Source: Candidatus Micrarchaeota archaeon
Lineage (GTDB): Archaea > Micrarchaeota > Micrarchaeia > Anstonellales > Bilamarchaeaceae
NCBI GenBank assembly: GCA_018304385.1
Contig: JAGVWJ010000014.1
Coordinates: forward strand, 13,621-77,620
Reading direction: 5' to 3'
Length of the DNA: 64,000 nucleotides
The notes under the pieces were generated by a model. It ran no database searches. It saw only the letters and a list, made by a program, of their open reading frames with translations, and was not told the DNA's origin. The position numbers were made by a program, and so were the translations under genes. Shown here piece after piece: positions 36,616 through 46,117 of this stretch (within the stretch, counting starts at the first letter, position 1; each line of letters begins with the position of its first letter).

Positions 36616-36886
36616 AACCCCACCATAAAGCGCATAAATTCTTAAAAATTAGGGTTATATGCGCCTAATAAATTTTAAATAACGTTTTTTAAACCTAATG
36701 GTTTTAAACTTCGGCATTTGTCAAACGTCGAAAAATTTAACATATTAACACTTATCAACTGGCGCTAATGCCCTTTCTTAATTTTTAATTAATAACATAT
36801 ACACTAATAATCCTTTTAAATACTCGCTTTTACGCTTTTTTTAACACAAAATAACAAATATAATTATTACCAACCCATTATAGATC

Positions 36887-38194
36887 ATGGAAATTATTAA
36901 CATCTCAGATATACTTTTGGAAAAACTAGAAGGTAAACAAATAACCATACGTGGATGGGTTTATCGCCATCGTCTTGGTGGTGGAGGTAGCATGGTATTT
37001 GCTGTTTTGCGCGATGCAACAGGCATAATGCAAGCTACAGTTAAGAAAGAAAAAACAGATGAACAAAGTTTTAAGCACGCGAGCGATGCTTATGTTGAAA
37101 GCTCGGTAATTGCTAGCGGAACAGTTAAAAAAGATGATCGAGCGCCTGGCGGCTATGAGATTGCTGTTGAAAAATTTGAAACAGTGCACAGAGGCGAACC
37201 GTTTCCAGTTGCAAAAGATTTAAGCGAAGAATTCTTGCTTGATATTAGGCATCTTTGGATTCGCTCGCAAAAGCTAACAAGAATAATGAAAATAAGAAGC
37301 ACGCTTATACAAGCGATTCATGAATTTTTTCAAAAAAGAGGATATACACTATTCGATCCACCTCTATTAACACCCAATGCGTGTGAAGGTAAAATGACTT
37401 TATTCGAAGTGAAATATTTTGATAGTAAAATGTATCTAAGCCAGAGCTGGCAACTGTATGCAGAAGCAGCAATATTTGCACTAGGAAAAATTTATGATGT
37501 TGCACCAACTTTCAGGGCAGAGAAAAGTAAAACTGCAAAACATTTGGCAGAATTTTGGATGGCAGAAATGGAAGCTGCTTGGATGGAGCTTGATGAACTA
37601 GTGCAGATTGCAAAGGATGAAACAAAATTTCTTGTTGAACGAGTATTGGAAAAACATGAGGAAGATCTAAAGTTTCTTGGAAGGGACGTAGCGAAATTAA
37701 ATAGCCAAATTTCAAAGCCGTTTCCAACGATCACTTATACTGAAGCACTTAAAATGTTAAAAGAAAAAGAAGGAATGGATGTAAAATGGGGAGAAGATTT
37801 ACACGCAACTGAAGAGGAAAAACTAATGAAACATTTTGATACTCCGATAGTAATAACGAATTATCCAATAGAGATTATGGCATTCTATAAACCTCACGAT
37901 CCAAAAGATCCAAAAACTGCATTATGCTTTGATATGCTTGCACCAGAAGGATATGGTGAGATAGTTGGTGGGTCACAACGCAGCTTAGATGTTGAAGACA
38001 TTGTAAAAAGAATAGAAAAAGAGGGCGGGAGTATAAAAGATTATGCCTGGTATCTTGATCTAAGAAAATATGGAAGCGTTCCACACAGCGGGTATGGTGT
38101 TGGTGTTGAACGCGTGCTGCGCTGGATATGCGGATTAGATAATATAAAGGATACCATCGCTTTTCCTAGGACTATGAGCAGGAGTTATCCTTAG
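36887..38194 (+). CDS. asnS: asparagine--tRNA ligase (class IIb)
   Basis: N-terminal OB (IRGWVYRHR..FAVLRDATG), motif 2 PTFRAEKSKTAKHLAEFWMAEME, GGSQR, motif 3 GYGVGVERV and C-terminal AFPRTMSRSYP. At 435 aa it fits AsnRS better than AspRS. Confidence 0.78.
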   Translation: MEIINISDILLEKLEGKQITIRGWVYRHRLGGGGSMVFAVLRDATGIMQATVKKEKTDEQSFKHASDAYVESSVIASGTVKKDDRAPGGYEIAVEKFETVHRGEPFPVAKDLSEEFLLDIRHLWIRSQKLTRIMKIRSTLIQAIHEFFQKRGYTLFDPPLLTPNACEGKMTLFEVKYFDSKMYLSQSWQLYAEAAIFALGKIYDVAPTFRAEKSKTAKHLAEFWMAEMEAAWMELDELVQIAKDETKFLVERVLEKHEEDLKFLGRDVAKLNSQISKPFPTITYTEALKMLKEKEGMDVKWGEDLHATEEEKLMKHFDTPIVITNYPIEIMAFYKPHDPKDPKTALCFDMLAPEGYGEIVGGSQRSLDVEDIVKRIEKEGGSIKDYAWYLDLRKYGSVPHSGYGVGVERVLRWICGLDNIKDTIAFPRTMSRSYP

Positions 38195-38196
38195 TT

Positions 38197-39117
38197 TTAA
38201 TTACCATAAAAATCAATCAGATTCTGGATTCCCTCTTCTAGACTAATTTTTGACCTAAACCCCAATTCCTTTTCTGCCTTTTTTGTGTCCGCCATAGTTC
38301 TTGCAACATAATTAGTTACTTTGTTTTCTATATATTTTGGTTTTATTGCCTTTGCGAGCTTTTTATTAATAATTCCAATCATGTCATTAATACTTGTTTC
38401 CTTACCATTACCTACATTATAAATACCGAATTTTATGTTCGCTCTTGCTGCGAGTATATTCGCCTCGACAACATCAGTTACATAAGTAAAATCTCTTGTT
38501 TGTTTGCCATCACCATATATAACTGGTTGCTCATTATTTTTCATGGCTAATAAAAATTGAGTTACTAGGTTAGCATACTGCTTCTTTGATAATTCATTCG
38601 GACCATAAACACTGAAATACCTAAGGGCTATTATCGATAGCCCATATAGTTTATTATAGAGTTCGGCCATCCTCTCCATAGCATACCTTGCTTCCGTATA
38701 GTGGTCTGTTACTTTTACTTGCATTGACTCCTTATGGGGTGGATCATGACCATTGTATAGGGATGAAGTAGATGCCCATACAATTTTTATATCGTACCGC
38801 CTTGCGAATTCCAGCAATTTTAGAAAATCTTCGATACACCTTGCAGTAAGCAACGGATTTTCCTTGTACATTGGAGAAGACGAATATATCCCTTGATGAA
38901 ATAGAATGTCATAACTTTTTTCGAATTTTTCGCAATCTCCGCTTGAACACTTTATGATTTTTATACTATTTTTAAATTTTCTAAGATTGTCCTCGCTCCC
39001 AGTATGAAAATTATCAACAACAGTAATGTTATTTTTTTCTCTTGAAAGCCTTTCGACTAAGCTTGATCCAATAAAACCTGCGCCACCAGTTATCAATATA
39101 TCCACAAAAATCACCAA
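38197..39117 (-). CDS. NAD-dependent sugar-nucleotide epimerase/dehydratase
   Basis: ITGGAGFIGS Rossmann motif and YxxxK (YTEARYAMER region). 306 aa. Confidence 0.85.
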   Translation of the reverse strand: MVIFVDILITGGAGFIGSSLVERLSREKNNITVVDNFHTGSEDNLRKFKNSIKIIKCSSGDCEKFEKSYDILFHQGIYSSSPMYKENPLLTARCIEDFLKLLEFARRYDIKIVWASTSSLYNGHDPPHKESMQVKVTDHYTEARYAMERMAELYNKLYGLSIIALRYFSVYGPNELSKKQYANLVTQFLLAMKNNEQPVIYGDGKQTRDFTYVTDVVEANILAARANIKFGIYNVGNGKETSINDMIGIINKKLAKAIKPKYIENKVTNYVARTMADTKKAEKELGFRSKISLEEGIQNLIDFYGN

Positions 39118-39190
39118 TAATCAGATTATAATTAATGCATTAATATCTTCTATAGAGATAATTTTAAAAGGAACATTATTAAATCTTAAT

Positions 39191-39751
39191 ATGACCAAAA
39201 TTCGTGCTATTAGAAAAACAGATTCTGCAAAAGCATTGAAATCTATCAGATTTCAAAATTTGACGCGATTTTCTCGCCCTCGCGTCAAAGCTTTTCTGGA
39301 CTTTATCTGCGAGCTTATTGATGAAAACGTCTACATACAAATAAACAAAAAACCTACATTGAAATGGGAGAAAGCATGGCTAAAAGATTTGAAGAAAAAA
39401 ATAAAAGATGGAGAAGCTGTCTGGTTAGGCGCTTGGGAAGGAAAAAAACTGATTGCAAGCACACAAGCTCGTAGAGGACTTTGGAATGAAAGAGATAATG
39501 CAAGTATAGGTCTTTCAGTGCTGAAAAGTTATCGTCGCAAAGGTCTGGGAGAAAAACTAATGAGAATGATAATAAGGATAGCAAAGAAGAGATTAAACCC
39601 AAAAAACATCTATTTAAGTGTTGCAACTCCAAATCTACCAGCGCTTTCACTATATAGAAAAGTCGGATTCAAGAAATTTGCAAGATTTCCTAACTGGGCT
39701 AAGAAGAACAATAAATATTTTGATGTTTTGTATATGCTATTAAAGAAGTGA
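39191..39751 (+). CDS. GNAT-family N-acetyltransferase
   Basis: Start trimmed to MTKIRAIRK. It has the acetyl-CoA motif YRRKGLGEKLM and a C-terminal LYRKVGFK. Confidence 0.75.
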   Translation: MTKIRAIRKTDSAKALKSIRFQNLTRFSRPRVKAFLDFICELIDENVYIQINKKPTLKWEKAWLKDLKKKIKDGEAVWLGAWEGKKLIASTQARRGLWNERDNASIGLSVLKSYRRKGLGEKLMRMIIRIAKKRLNPKNIYLSVATPNLPALSLYRKVGFKKFARFPNWAKKNNKYFDVLYMLLKK

Positions 39752-39755
39752 AAAA

Positions 39756-40289
39756 ATGAAAGAAACAATCAAAAAACTTTATCTAATGCAAGTTCGCGAA
39801 AACGGTATTAGCAGCGAAAGCTATGAAAAGTTAAATGAAGATGAAAAAGCGCTTTTGGAAAAAGAGGCCAACGGCTACCAGCTAACAGCCAAAGGTAGAC
39901 AACAAATAAAAGTAGTAATGACAGGTGGGGCATTTGATATTCTGCATATGGGGCATGTTTACACGCTTAATGAAGCAAAAAAGCACGGTGATATTTTAGT
40001 TGTAAGTGTTGCTACGGATGAATTAATAAAAAAGAAAAAGGGCAAACTCGTGCACGCACAAGAGTATAGAGCAAAAATGGTCGAATTCTTAAAACCAGTT
40101 GATCTTGCTTTGCTTGGAATAGAATCACCAGAAAAAACATTAGAACGAGTGAAACCAGATGTAATTGTTTATGGTTATGACCAGAAATCATTTTTACAGC
40201 CAGAAGGTGTAAAGATTGTGCAATTAAAAGAAAATCTGGACGAGCATCAGCTTAAAACTAGTAAAATAATAAGGGAACTAGGATTATAA
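39756..40289 (+). CDS. ribL: cytidylyltransferase-fold protein, archaeal FAD synthase (RibL)-like
   Basis: MTGGAFDILHMGHVYTLNEAKKHGDILVVSVATDE (HxGH nucleotidyltransferase motif), plus a roughly 45-aa N-terminal extension. Confidence 0.7.
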   Translation: MKETIKKLYLMQVRENGISSESYEKLNEDEKALLEKEANGYQLTAKGRQQIKVVMTGGAFDILHMGHVYTLNEAKKHGDILVVSVATDELIKKKKGKLVHAQEYRAKMVEFLKPVDLALLGIESPEKTLERVKPDVIVYGYDQKSFLQPEGVKIVQLKENLDEHQLKTSKIIRELGL

Positions 40290-40691
40290 ATTGCTCTTTA
40301 TTCTCTCTGCAGTCATCTTAAAATCAGTCTCTTTATATTTTTCATGCGGGAACATCCTTACGCCATCATTTTCGTATCTTGGAATAATGTGCATATGATA
40401 ATGAAAAACCTCTTGCCCTGCTGCCTTTTTGTTTGAATTTAACAAGTTCACGCCGCTTGCATTTAAACCATGAAAAACAGCACTAGCAACTTTTTTTGCA
40501 GTTGCCATAACTGCCTTGGCATCTTCTTCTTTCATATCAAAAATATCAGTACAATGCTGCTTTGGAATAACCAACGTATGCCCTTTTGTTACTGGGTTTA
40601 TATCTAAAAAAGCAAGCGTATGCTCGTCTTCATAAACTTTAGACGAAGGAATCTCGCTTTTTATGATTTTACAAAAAATGCAGTCTGTCAT
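40284..40691 (-). CDS. HIT-family nucleotide hydrolase/transferase
   Basis: CIFCKI N-terminus and histidine triad HYHMHIIP. Confidence 0.9.
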   Translation of the reverse strand: MTDCIFCKIIKSEIPSSKVYEDEHTLAFLDINPVTKGHTLVIPKQHCTDIFDMKEEDAKAVMATAKKVASAVFHGLNASGVNLLNSNKKAAGQEVFHYHMHIIPRYENDGVRMFPHEKYKETDFKMTAERIKSNL

Positions 40692-40750
40692 AGCTTTTTT
40701 CTAAGGAGAAAGGCTTTTAAATGCTAAATTAATATTAATTTCGTGATCCC

Positions 40751-41092
40751 ATGGTACTCGCTTGGTTTTTAGGTTTGATGAAATTTAAAGAAAAGGATGA
40801 AGAAGAAAAAGAAGAAGTTAAAGTTACTCAGGAAAAATCAGAATCCTTTGATAAGTTTGTAAAAACTACGGAATCGAAAAAATTTGTTTCAGAATGGCAG
40901 GAAAAAAAGAAATTTACCAGAAGAGGCATTGAAAAATTACTTAAAGTACTATTTCTCCAGCATGATTCTAATAAAAAAGTACTAAAGGCTGCTAGTGATA
41001 TTTTATCATCATTAACAGGAGAAGATGGCTTGTTAAAAGTACTAACTGGATTCAAACTTGTGCCAGAGGGATTGAGAAAACTGCTTGGTTAG
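40751..41092 (+). CDS. hypothetical K/E-rich protein
   Basis: 113-aa ORF supported only by length and gene spacing. Confidence 0.35.
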   Translation: MVLAWFLGLMKFKEKDEEEKEEVKVTQEKSESFDKFVKTTESKKFVSEWQEKKKFTRRGIEKLLKVLFLQHDSNKKVLKAASDILSSLTGEDGLLKVLTGFKLVPEGLRKLLG

Positions 41093-41491
41093 ATGAAACA
41101 CATTTTATTTGTGTGCACTGAGAACTCCGCAAGAAGTCAGATGGCAGAAGGCTTCTTTAACTTTTATAATAAGAATCCAGAATACCTCGCAATTAGCGCT
41201 GGGATTAAACCTACTATTTCTGTAAAGTCCTCTGCTATAGAAGTTATGAAAGAAAAAGGAATTGATTTATCGAAACAAAGACCAAAAATGCTTACTCTAG
41301 AGATGGCTAAAAAAGCGCATAAGATTTACACTATGGGTTGTATTGAAAGCTGCCCACTAACCCCACCTGAAAAAACAGAAGATTGGAAACTAGAGAATCC
41401 TGCTGGCGGATCAATTGGTAAATTCAGAGAAGTAAGAGACGAAATAGAAAGAAGAATAAAAAAATTAATTTCTGAACTTAGACTTAGATAA
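41093..41491 (+). CDS. low-molecular-weight phosphatase / ArsC-type arsenate reductase family
   Basis: CTENSARSQMAEG (CX5R-S P-loop), 132 aa. Confidence 0.85.
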   Translation: MKHILFVCTENSARSQMAEGFFNFYNKNPEYLAISAGIKPTISVKSSAIEVMKEKGIDLSKQRPKMLTLEMAKKAHKIYTMGCIESCPLTPPEKTEDWKLENPAGGSIGKFREVRDEIERRIKKLISELRLR

Positions 41492-41635
41492 AATTATATG
41501 CTTTTTTATTTTTTCAAATCTGTTTCTGGAATCTCTACTATTATTGCATGGTCTGAGATAAACAAAAGGTAACGTAGTTTTCTATTTCGATAAGGTTTAA
41601 AAACAAGACAAAGCATAATAAAATTAGGTGAAACT

Positions 41636-41833
41636 ATGGGCGAATACGAAACTGTAACTCTAAATGATATCTATAAAGAATTAAAGTACATTCATAAAAA
41701 GGTAGACGAACTAGAGCATATAATGATTCCAATAGAAAAAATGACTGAAGAAGACAAAAATGATCTTGATGAAGCCGTTAAAGAATACAAGGCAGGGAAA
41801 ACAGTTAAATTTAGAGATATAAAGAAGGATTAA
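41636..41833 (+). CDS. putative antitoxin
   Basis: 65-aa acidic helical protein ending 1 nt before a RelE-like gene. Confidence 0.45.
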   Translation: MGEYETVTLNDIYKELKYIHKKVDELEHIMIPIEKMTEEDKNDLDEAVKEYKAGKTVKFRDIKKD

Positions 41834-41834
41834 A

Positions 41835-42101
41835 ATGTACGTCGTAAGATTAACCCGAAAAGCTCAGAAAGGTTATGATTCTCTTTTTCCTGTTGATTAC
41901 AGAAAAAAAGTTAATGAATTGCTAATTGTTCTTGAAACTAATATTCGACCGGCAAAACTTTATGACATGATCCAATTAGCCGGGAATACATACAGGGTAA
42001 GATTAGGTAGAATTAGGGTGCAATATAATATTTTCGAAGAAGATAAGGTGGTTTTAGTATACAAAATAGGTTTGCGTGATGATTCTACCTATAAACCATG
42101 A
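41835..42101 (+). CDS. RelE/ParE-like toxin
   Basis: 88 aa with a YRVRLGRIRVQYNIFEEDKVVLVYKIGLRDD pattern. Confidence 0.55.
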   Translation: MYVVRLTRKAQKGYDSLFPVDYRKKVNELLIVLETNIRPAKLYDMIQLAGNTYRVRLGRIRVQYNIFEEDKVVLVYKIGLRDDSTYKP

Positions 42102-42928
42102 TTGCTGATTCTATGAATGACACAAAATGGAGAATAATCCCACTAGAAGAGCACGACGCATTTACAAACATGGCTTTAGACGAAGCAGCTAGCGAAGCAT
42201 TGTCGCGAGGGCAAAAAAATCGCGACAATATTCGTCATGATGAACATGACGAAGCTATTGCCTCTGACAGCGAAGCACCAACGATCAGATTCTATAAATG
42301 GAAACCAAGCGCAGTTAGCATTGGCTGCTTTCAAAGCATGGAAGATGAGATAGACCTAGATGTTTGTAAAAAACTTAATGTTGATACTGTGCGACGCAGA
42401 ACTGGCGGCGGAGCAGTTTACCACGATAATTTTGGCGAGATCACGTATAGCGTTATTGCTCCAGAAAGTATGTTTCCAAAAAATATTATTGAAAGCTATA
42501 AGATTATTTGTGGTTGGATAATTGATAGCTTAGCACTCATTGGGTTACAAGCTAGCTTTATTCCAATAAATGATATCATTGTCAATAACAAAAAAATATC
42601 TGGAAATGCACAAACTAGACGAAATCGTATTTTACTTCAGCACGGTACAATCCTTTATGATGTAGATGTTAAGAAGATGTTCTCTTTGCTACGAGTGCCG
42701 GATGAAAAAATAAGGGACAAGATGATTGCTACAGTTGAAGAACGAGTAACTAGCATAACTAAACAGAATAATGCAATTACTAAGGACCATTTGTACGAAG
42801 CATTAGTGAAAGGATTTACAAATAACAAACAATGGCAATTCGGAAAATGGAGCGATAGCGAAATGCAACGGGCGCAAGAACTTGCTAAAATAAGATACTC
42901 AACTAAGGATTGGAACTTTAGTAGATGA
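42098..42928 (+). CDS. lplA: lipoate-protein ligase A
   Basis: RRRTGGGAVYHD and KISGNAQ motifs. A roughly 20-aa acidic/His insert (NIRHDEHDEAIASDSE) sits near the N-terminus. Confidence 0.85.
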   Translation: MIADSMNDTKWRIIPLEEHDAFTNMALDEAASEALSRGQKNRDNIRHDEHDEAIASDSEAPTIRFYKWKPSAVSIGCFQSMEDEIDLDVCKKLNVDTVRRRTGGGAVYHDNFGEITYSVIAPESMFPKNIIESYKIICGWIIDSLALIGLQASFIPINDIIVNNKKISGNAQTRRNRILLQHGTILYDVDVKKMFSLLRVPDEKIRDKMIATVEERVTSITKQNNAITKDHLYEALVKGFTNNKQWQFGKWSDSEMQRAQELAKIRYSTKDWNFSR

Positions 42929-42930
42929 AA

Positions 42931-44025
42931 CTAAGGAAGTACCAATACCCCACCAAAGTTCCTTGAAATTTCTTTTGCATGGCTATCTGGTGACTCATCA
43001 GAAGATAAATCTAATTTTAACCTGTTTTCCCTTCTAACAAATCTAGTAAACATAGGCTCAGTCATAGCCAAATCTAGTAAATCGTCTAATGTTATCATTC
43101 TTTCACGATTTAGTACTACTCGAGTCCTTACTCGCTCAACTAACTCCTTAGCGTTCTCTAAACTTATATTATAAATTCCTTTAAGTAAATATGGAAAAAG
43201 TAAAGGATCAACTTCTGTGCCAACAACTGTTAATGCAAATGCAATAGATTTTTCTAAGGTATCAACACTATCCGCTTCGTCATTAGGAACACGATAATAC
43301 CTTTTTAATCTAGCACTAAGTAAATCGCAAAGTTTTAGAATTCGTTGATGAAGCTGCAGTTCACTTCCTATTATCAGCTTTCCATCCATGCCGGGTAATT
43401 CGCCGTAACTTGGGCTTCTTGGATGATTAAGGCCACTGAAATTTATATGGTGGCACCCTACATTATCAGTAATAAGCCTACTTACAGAATCCCCATTGTC
43501 CTCTATTTGCAGTTCTTCTAATAACGCAACTCCGGCCTGTAGATGCCCGTATCTAATAAAATCTCTTTCAGAATCAGTTAACCTGCCCCAAAGCTCTTTT
43601 CCTAATAGACCACGAGGTATGAAACTCTTGCCAATATCATGAACATAGCCAGATAACTGCATAAGTGCAGCAATGTCTTCAGGTAAGTAATTAAGCAAAC
43701 CTGCTTGTTGAAGCTCTCTTGCTAAGATATATGCAAGATCACCAACTTCTCTGCAATGCATATATGTATAGGGAAGAAATGGAGACCGATCATTTGGGCC
43801 AACTAGCTCTCTTCTTGTAAAGGTTGAAAATGAGGATGTTGTAAAATGCTTATGGCCATCATCGAGTTGTTCTAGTCTGTCGAATACTCTTTTAAAAATA
43901 CCACGAAGAATCTTTTTTCTATATTCATCTGAAGAACTGGTTCTTTGTAATGTTGCTATATATAACCTTTCAGTAATTCTGGGCCTTCTGCCTTGCCACA
44001 CCCCCCTATGGTCAAGAAATTGCAT
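42931..44025 (-). CDS. HD-GYP-superfamily phosphohydrolase-like protein with degenerate GYP motif
   Basis: MHCREVG...GYVHDIGK...LTDSERDFIRYGHLQAG...CHHINFSGLNHPRSPSYG...LCDLLSARLKRYYR follows the HD-GYP layout. The HHExxDGxGYP block is replaced. The protein is Arg-rich. Confidence 0.55.
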   Translation of the reverse strand: MQFLDHRGVWQGRRPRITERLYIATLQRTSSSDEYRKKILRGIFKRVFDRLEQLDDGHKHFTTSSFSTFTRRELVGPNDRSPFLPYTYMHCREVGDLAYILARELQQAGLLNYLPEDIAALMQLSGYVHDIGKSFIPRGLLGKELWGRLTDSERDFIRYGHLQAGVALLEELQIEDNGDSVSRLITDNVGCHHINFSGLNHPRSPSYGELPGMDGKLIIGSELQLHQRILKLCDLLSARLKRYYRVPNDEADSVDTLEKSIAFALTVVGTEVDPLLFPYLLKGIYNISLENAKELVERVRTRVVLNRERMITLDDLLDLAMTEPMFTRFVRRENRLKLDLSSDESPDSHAKEISRNFGGVLVLP

Positions 44026-44081
44026 ATGGGTAGTATGTTACGTAAAAAATATAAAGATGTAGTCACTTTATTAGTTGTTAA

Positions 44082-44558
44082 TTATTTGAGATATCGAGAA
44101 CCTATAAATTTCGTTATCCAAAGATACGGGATATGAAGAAGGATAATCATTATAAGAACACCTATAAATTGTAGGGGAGAAGCACACATCGATAGAGAAT
44201 AAAGTGCTCTTCCTATACTACCTTCTGGATAATCCTCTTGCTTTGGACAACCGGAAGTATCAATATTAAGTGTTTTTACTATTACTGGCGCGAATAAATA
44301 AAACACAATTAATAATATTACAAAAATTCCCCAAAACTTTATTAATGAAGAGATAATAGATTTAGTTTCATCACTGGTATTAAAATGTCTGATAATCTTC
44401 CAGAATAAAAATGGACTGGTGATAAGTAAAATTAAAAAAAGCGAGTTAAGAGCTGTAAGAAAAATCATAAAAAAGAATAATATAATAAGTGGTAGACCAA
44501 TAACTGCAATCTTTATTTTCGAAATTTTTATTTTTTCTTTCTTTATTTCTTTTGCCAT
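44082..44558 (-). CDS. hypothetical membrane protein
   Basis: 158 aa with 4 hydrophobic segments. It overlaps the lpdA 3' end by 16 nt. Confidence 0.45.
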   Translation of the reverse strand: MAKEIKKEKIKISKIKIAVIGLPLIILFFFMIFLTALNSLFLILLITSPFLFWKIIRHFNTSDETKSIISSLIKFWGIFVILLIVFYLFAPVIVKTLNIDTSGCPKQEDYPEGSIGRALYSLSMCASPLQFIGVLIMIILLHIPYLWITKFIGSRYLK

Positions 44559-45967
44559 ACATGTATCGCCCTTCCTAATGTTGCTTCTGCAGCCTCCATT
44601 AATGCTTCTGGGAATGTTGGATGCGGATGGATTGTCAATGCTAAATCCTCTAATGTGAATCCCATTTCAATACCTAATGAAGCTGCACTTATCATATCCC
44701 CAGCATGCGGACCAACTATTTGTATTCCCAATATAAGCTGTGACTCATCTGCGATTATTTTTACAAATCCTTCGCTTTTTCCAACGCTTACTGCACGACC
44801 AAGAGCAGAGAATGGAAATCTGCCTACTTTAATCTTAATTCCTTGTTCTTGGGCTGCTCTTTCAGTTAAACCAACCTCTGCAATTTCCGGGTCAGAGAAT
44901 ATAACAGCAGGTACGCTTGCTGGATTATATGCAGAAGGCAAACCTGCAATGCATTCCGCAGCAATCTTACCTTCTAAAAACGCCTTATGCGCAAGCATTG
45001 GTCCAGGTGTTATGTCTCCTATTGCATAAATGAACGGGTCAGTTGTACGACGCTTTTCATCTACTTTCACAAATCCTTTTTCATCTAATTGAACTTTTGT
45101 TTTTTCCAACCCGATATTCTGCGTGTTTGGTTTGCGACCTATTGATAGCATAACGAGCTCTGCATCTACTGCGAATGAGCCTTTTTCTTTTGAATTAATA
45201 AAAATAGTTACTTTATCCTGATCTTTTACCATACGTTCTGGTGTTGCGTATTCGTAAATATCGACTCCAAGTTCTTTACACCGATCGTAAACTGGTTTTA
45301 CTAGATCGCGATCAAGATGTGATGCAAGCACACTACGCGCAAGAAATGTTACTTTCGTACCTAACTTTGCATACATAAGCCCCAATTCTAATGCAATATA
45401 TCCTGCACCAAGAACAATCATGCTTTTTGGTATATAATCAAGCTTAAGCGCCTCTGTTGATGTAATTATTTGTTTATTATCTACTTCAAATCCTGGAAGC
45501 GTTTGCGTTGAAGAACCTGTTGCAATTATTACCTTTTCATATTCAACATAAGTTGGGCCATGCGGAGTATTAACATGCAAACGCTTTGAGTTTTCGAAAA
45601 ATGCCTCACCTTGTATTACATTTATTCCATATTTTTTCATAAGCATTGCTATGCCGTTTGTTAATTTGTTTATGCTATCCTCTTTCCAAGCCTGGAGTTT
45701 TTTTAAATCAAAGTTTATTTTCTCGAATGTTAATCCGAATTGCGGGAAATCCTTTTGTGCTGAATGGTATTGATCTATTGCATAAATTAGTGCTTTGCTT
45801 GGGATACAACCATGATGCAAACATATTCCGCCTAAGCCATTCGCTTCTTTTTCGATTAGAATAACATCTTTGCCAAGCTGCGCTGCGCGTATTGCTGCTA
45901 CGTAGCCGCCTGGTCCGCCTCCAATAATTGCAACTTGACATCCGTTTGCTATGTCGCCTACTACCAT
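44543..45967 (-). CDS. lpdA: dihydrolipoyl dehydrogenase (E3)
   Basis: GGGPGGYVAA FAD motif, redox disulfide GGICLHHGCIPSK and a C-terminal HPHPTFPE. Confidence 0.95.
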   Translation of the reverse strand: MVVGDIANGCQVAIIGGGPGGYVAAIRAAQLGKDVILIEKEANGLGGICLHHGCIPSKALIYAIDQYHSAQKDFPQFGLTFEKINFDLKKLQAWKEDSINKLTNGIAMLMKKYGINVIQGEAFFENSKRLHVNTPHGPTYVEYEKVIIATGSSTQTLPGFEVDNKQIITSTEALKLDYIPKSMIVLGAGYIALELGLMYAKLGTKVTFLARSVLASHLDRDLVKPVYDRCKELGVDIYEYATPERMVKDQDKVTIFINSKEKGSFAVDAELVMLSIGRKPNTQNIGLEKTKVQLDEKGFVKVDEKRRTTDPFIYAIGDITPGPMLAHKAFLEGKIAAECIAGLPSAYNPASVPAVIFSDPEIAEVGLTERAAQEQGIKIKVGRFPFSALGRAVSVGKSEGFVKIIADESQLILGIQIVGPHAGDMISAASLGIEMGFTLEDLALTIHPHPTFPEALMEAAEATLGRAIHVWQKK

Positions 45968-45984
45968 ATGATGATCACCTAATC

Positions 45985-46019
45985 GTTTCCAGTTTTCAGT
46001 TTCGAGTCTTGAGTCCCCA
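45985..46019 (+). repeat. heptamer array, GT type, 5 units
   Basis: gtttcca gttttca gtttcga gtcttga gtcccca, lying 18 nt upstream (on the minus strand) of the lpdA start. Confidence 0.75.
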
Positions 46020-46043
46020 TGTATTACCTGTTTTGGGGTTGCG

Positions 46044-46088
46044 CTAGCCCTTTTTCCCTGATTTTTCTTGAGATTCTAAAAGGGCTGG
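46044..46088 (-). terminator. hairpin 3' of the TrmB-like gene
   Basis: ctagccctttt (46044-54) pairs with aaaagggctgg (46078-88), giving an 11-bp stem. It is followed on the minus strand by the GT-type heptamer array and the lpdA start. Confidence 0.5.
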
Positions 46089-46117
46089 CATTTGAGATTT
46101 ATTCGGAAATAAGGTAT

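Noticed and set aside
36630-36664. 7-bp hairpin (gcgcata...tatgcgc) upstream of the HD gene as an ncRNA.
   Set aside because: It is a short stem in a very AT-rich spacer with no second copy or further structure, and it cannot be distinguished from chance.
45969-46061. C/D-box sRNA candidate (ATGATGA at 45969, CTGA at 46058).
   Set aside because: The spacing of about 90 nt is too long. The ATGATGA is the antisense of the lpdA start region, and no C' or D' boxes or terminal stem are seen.
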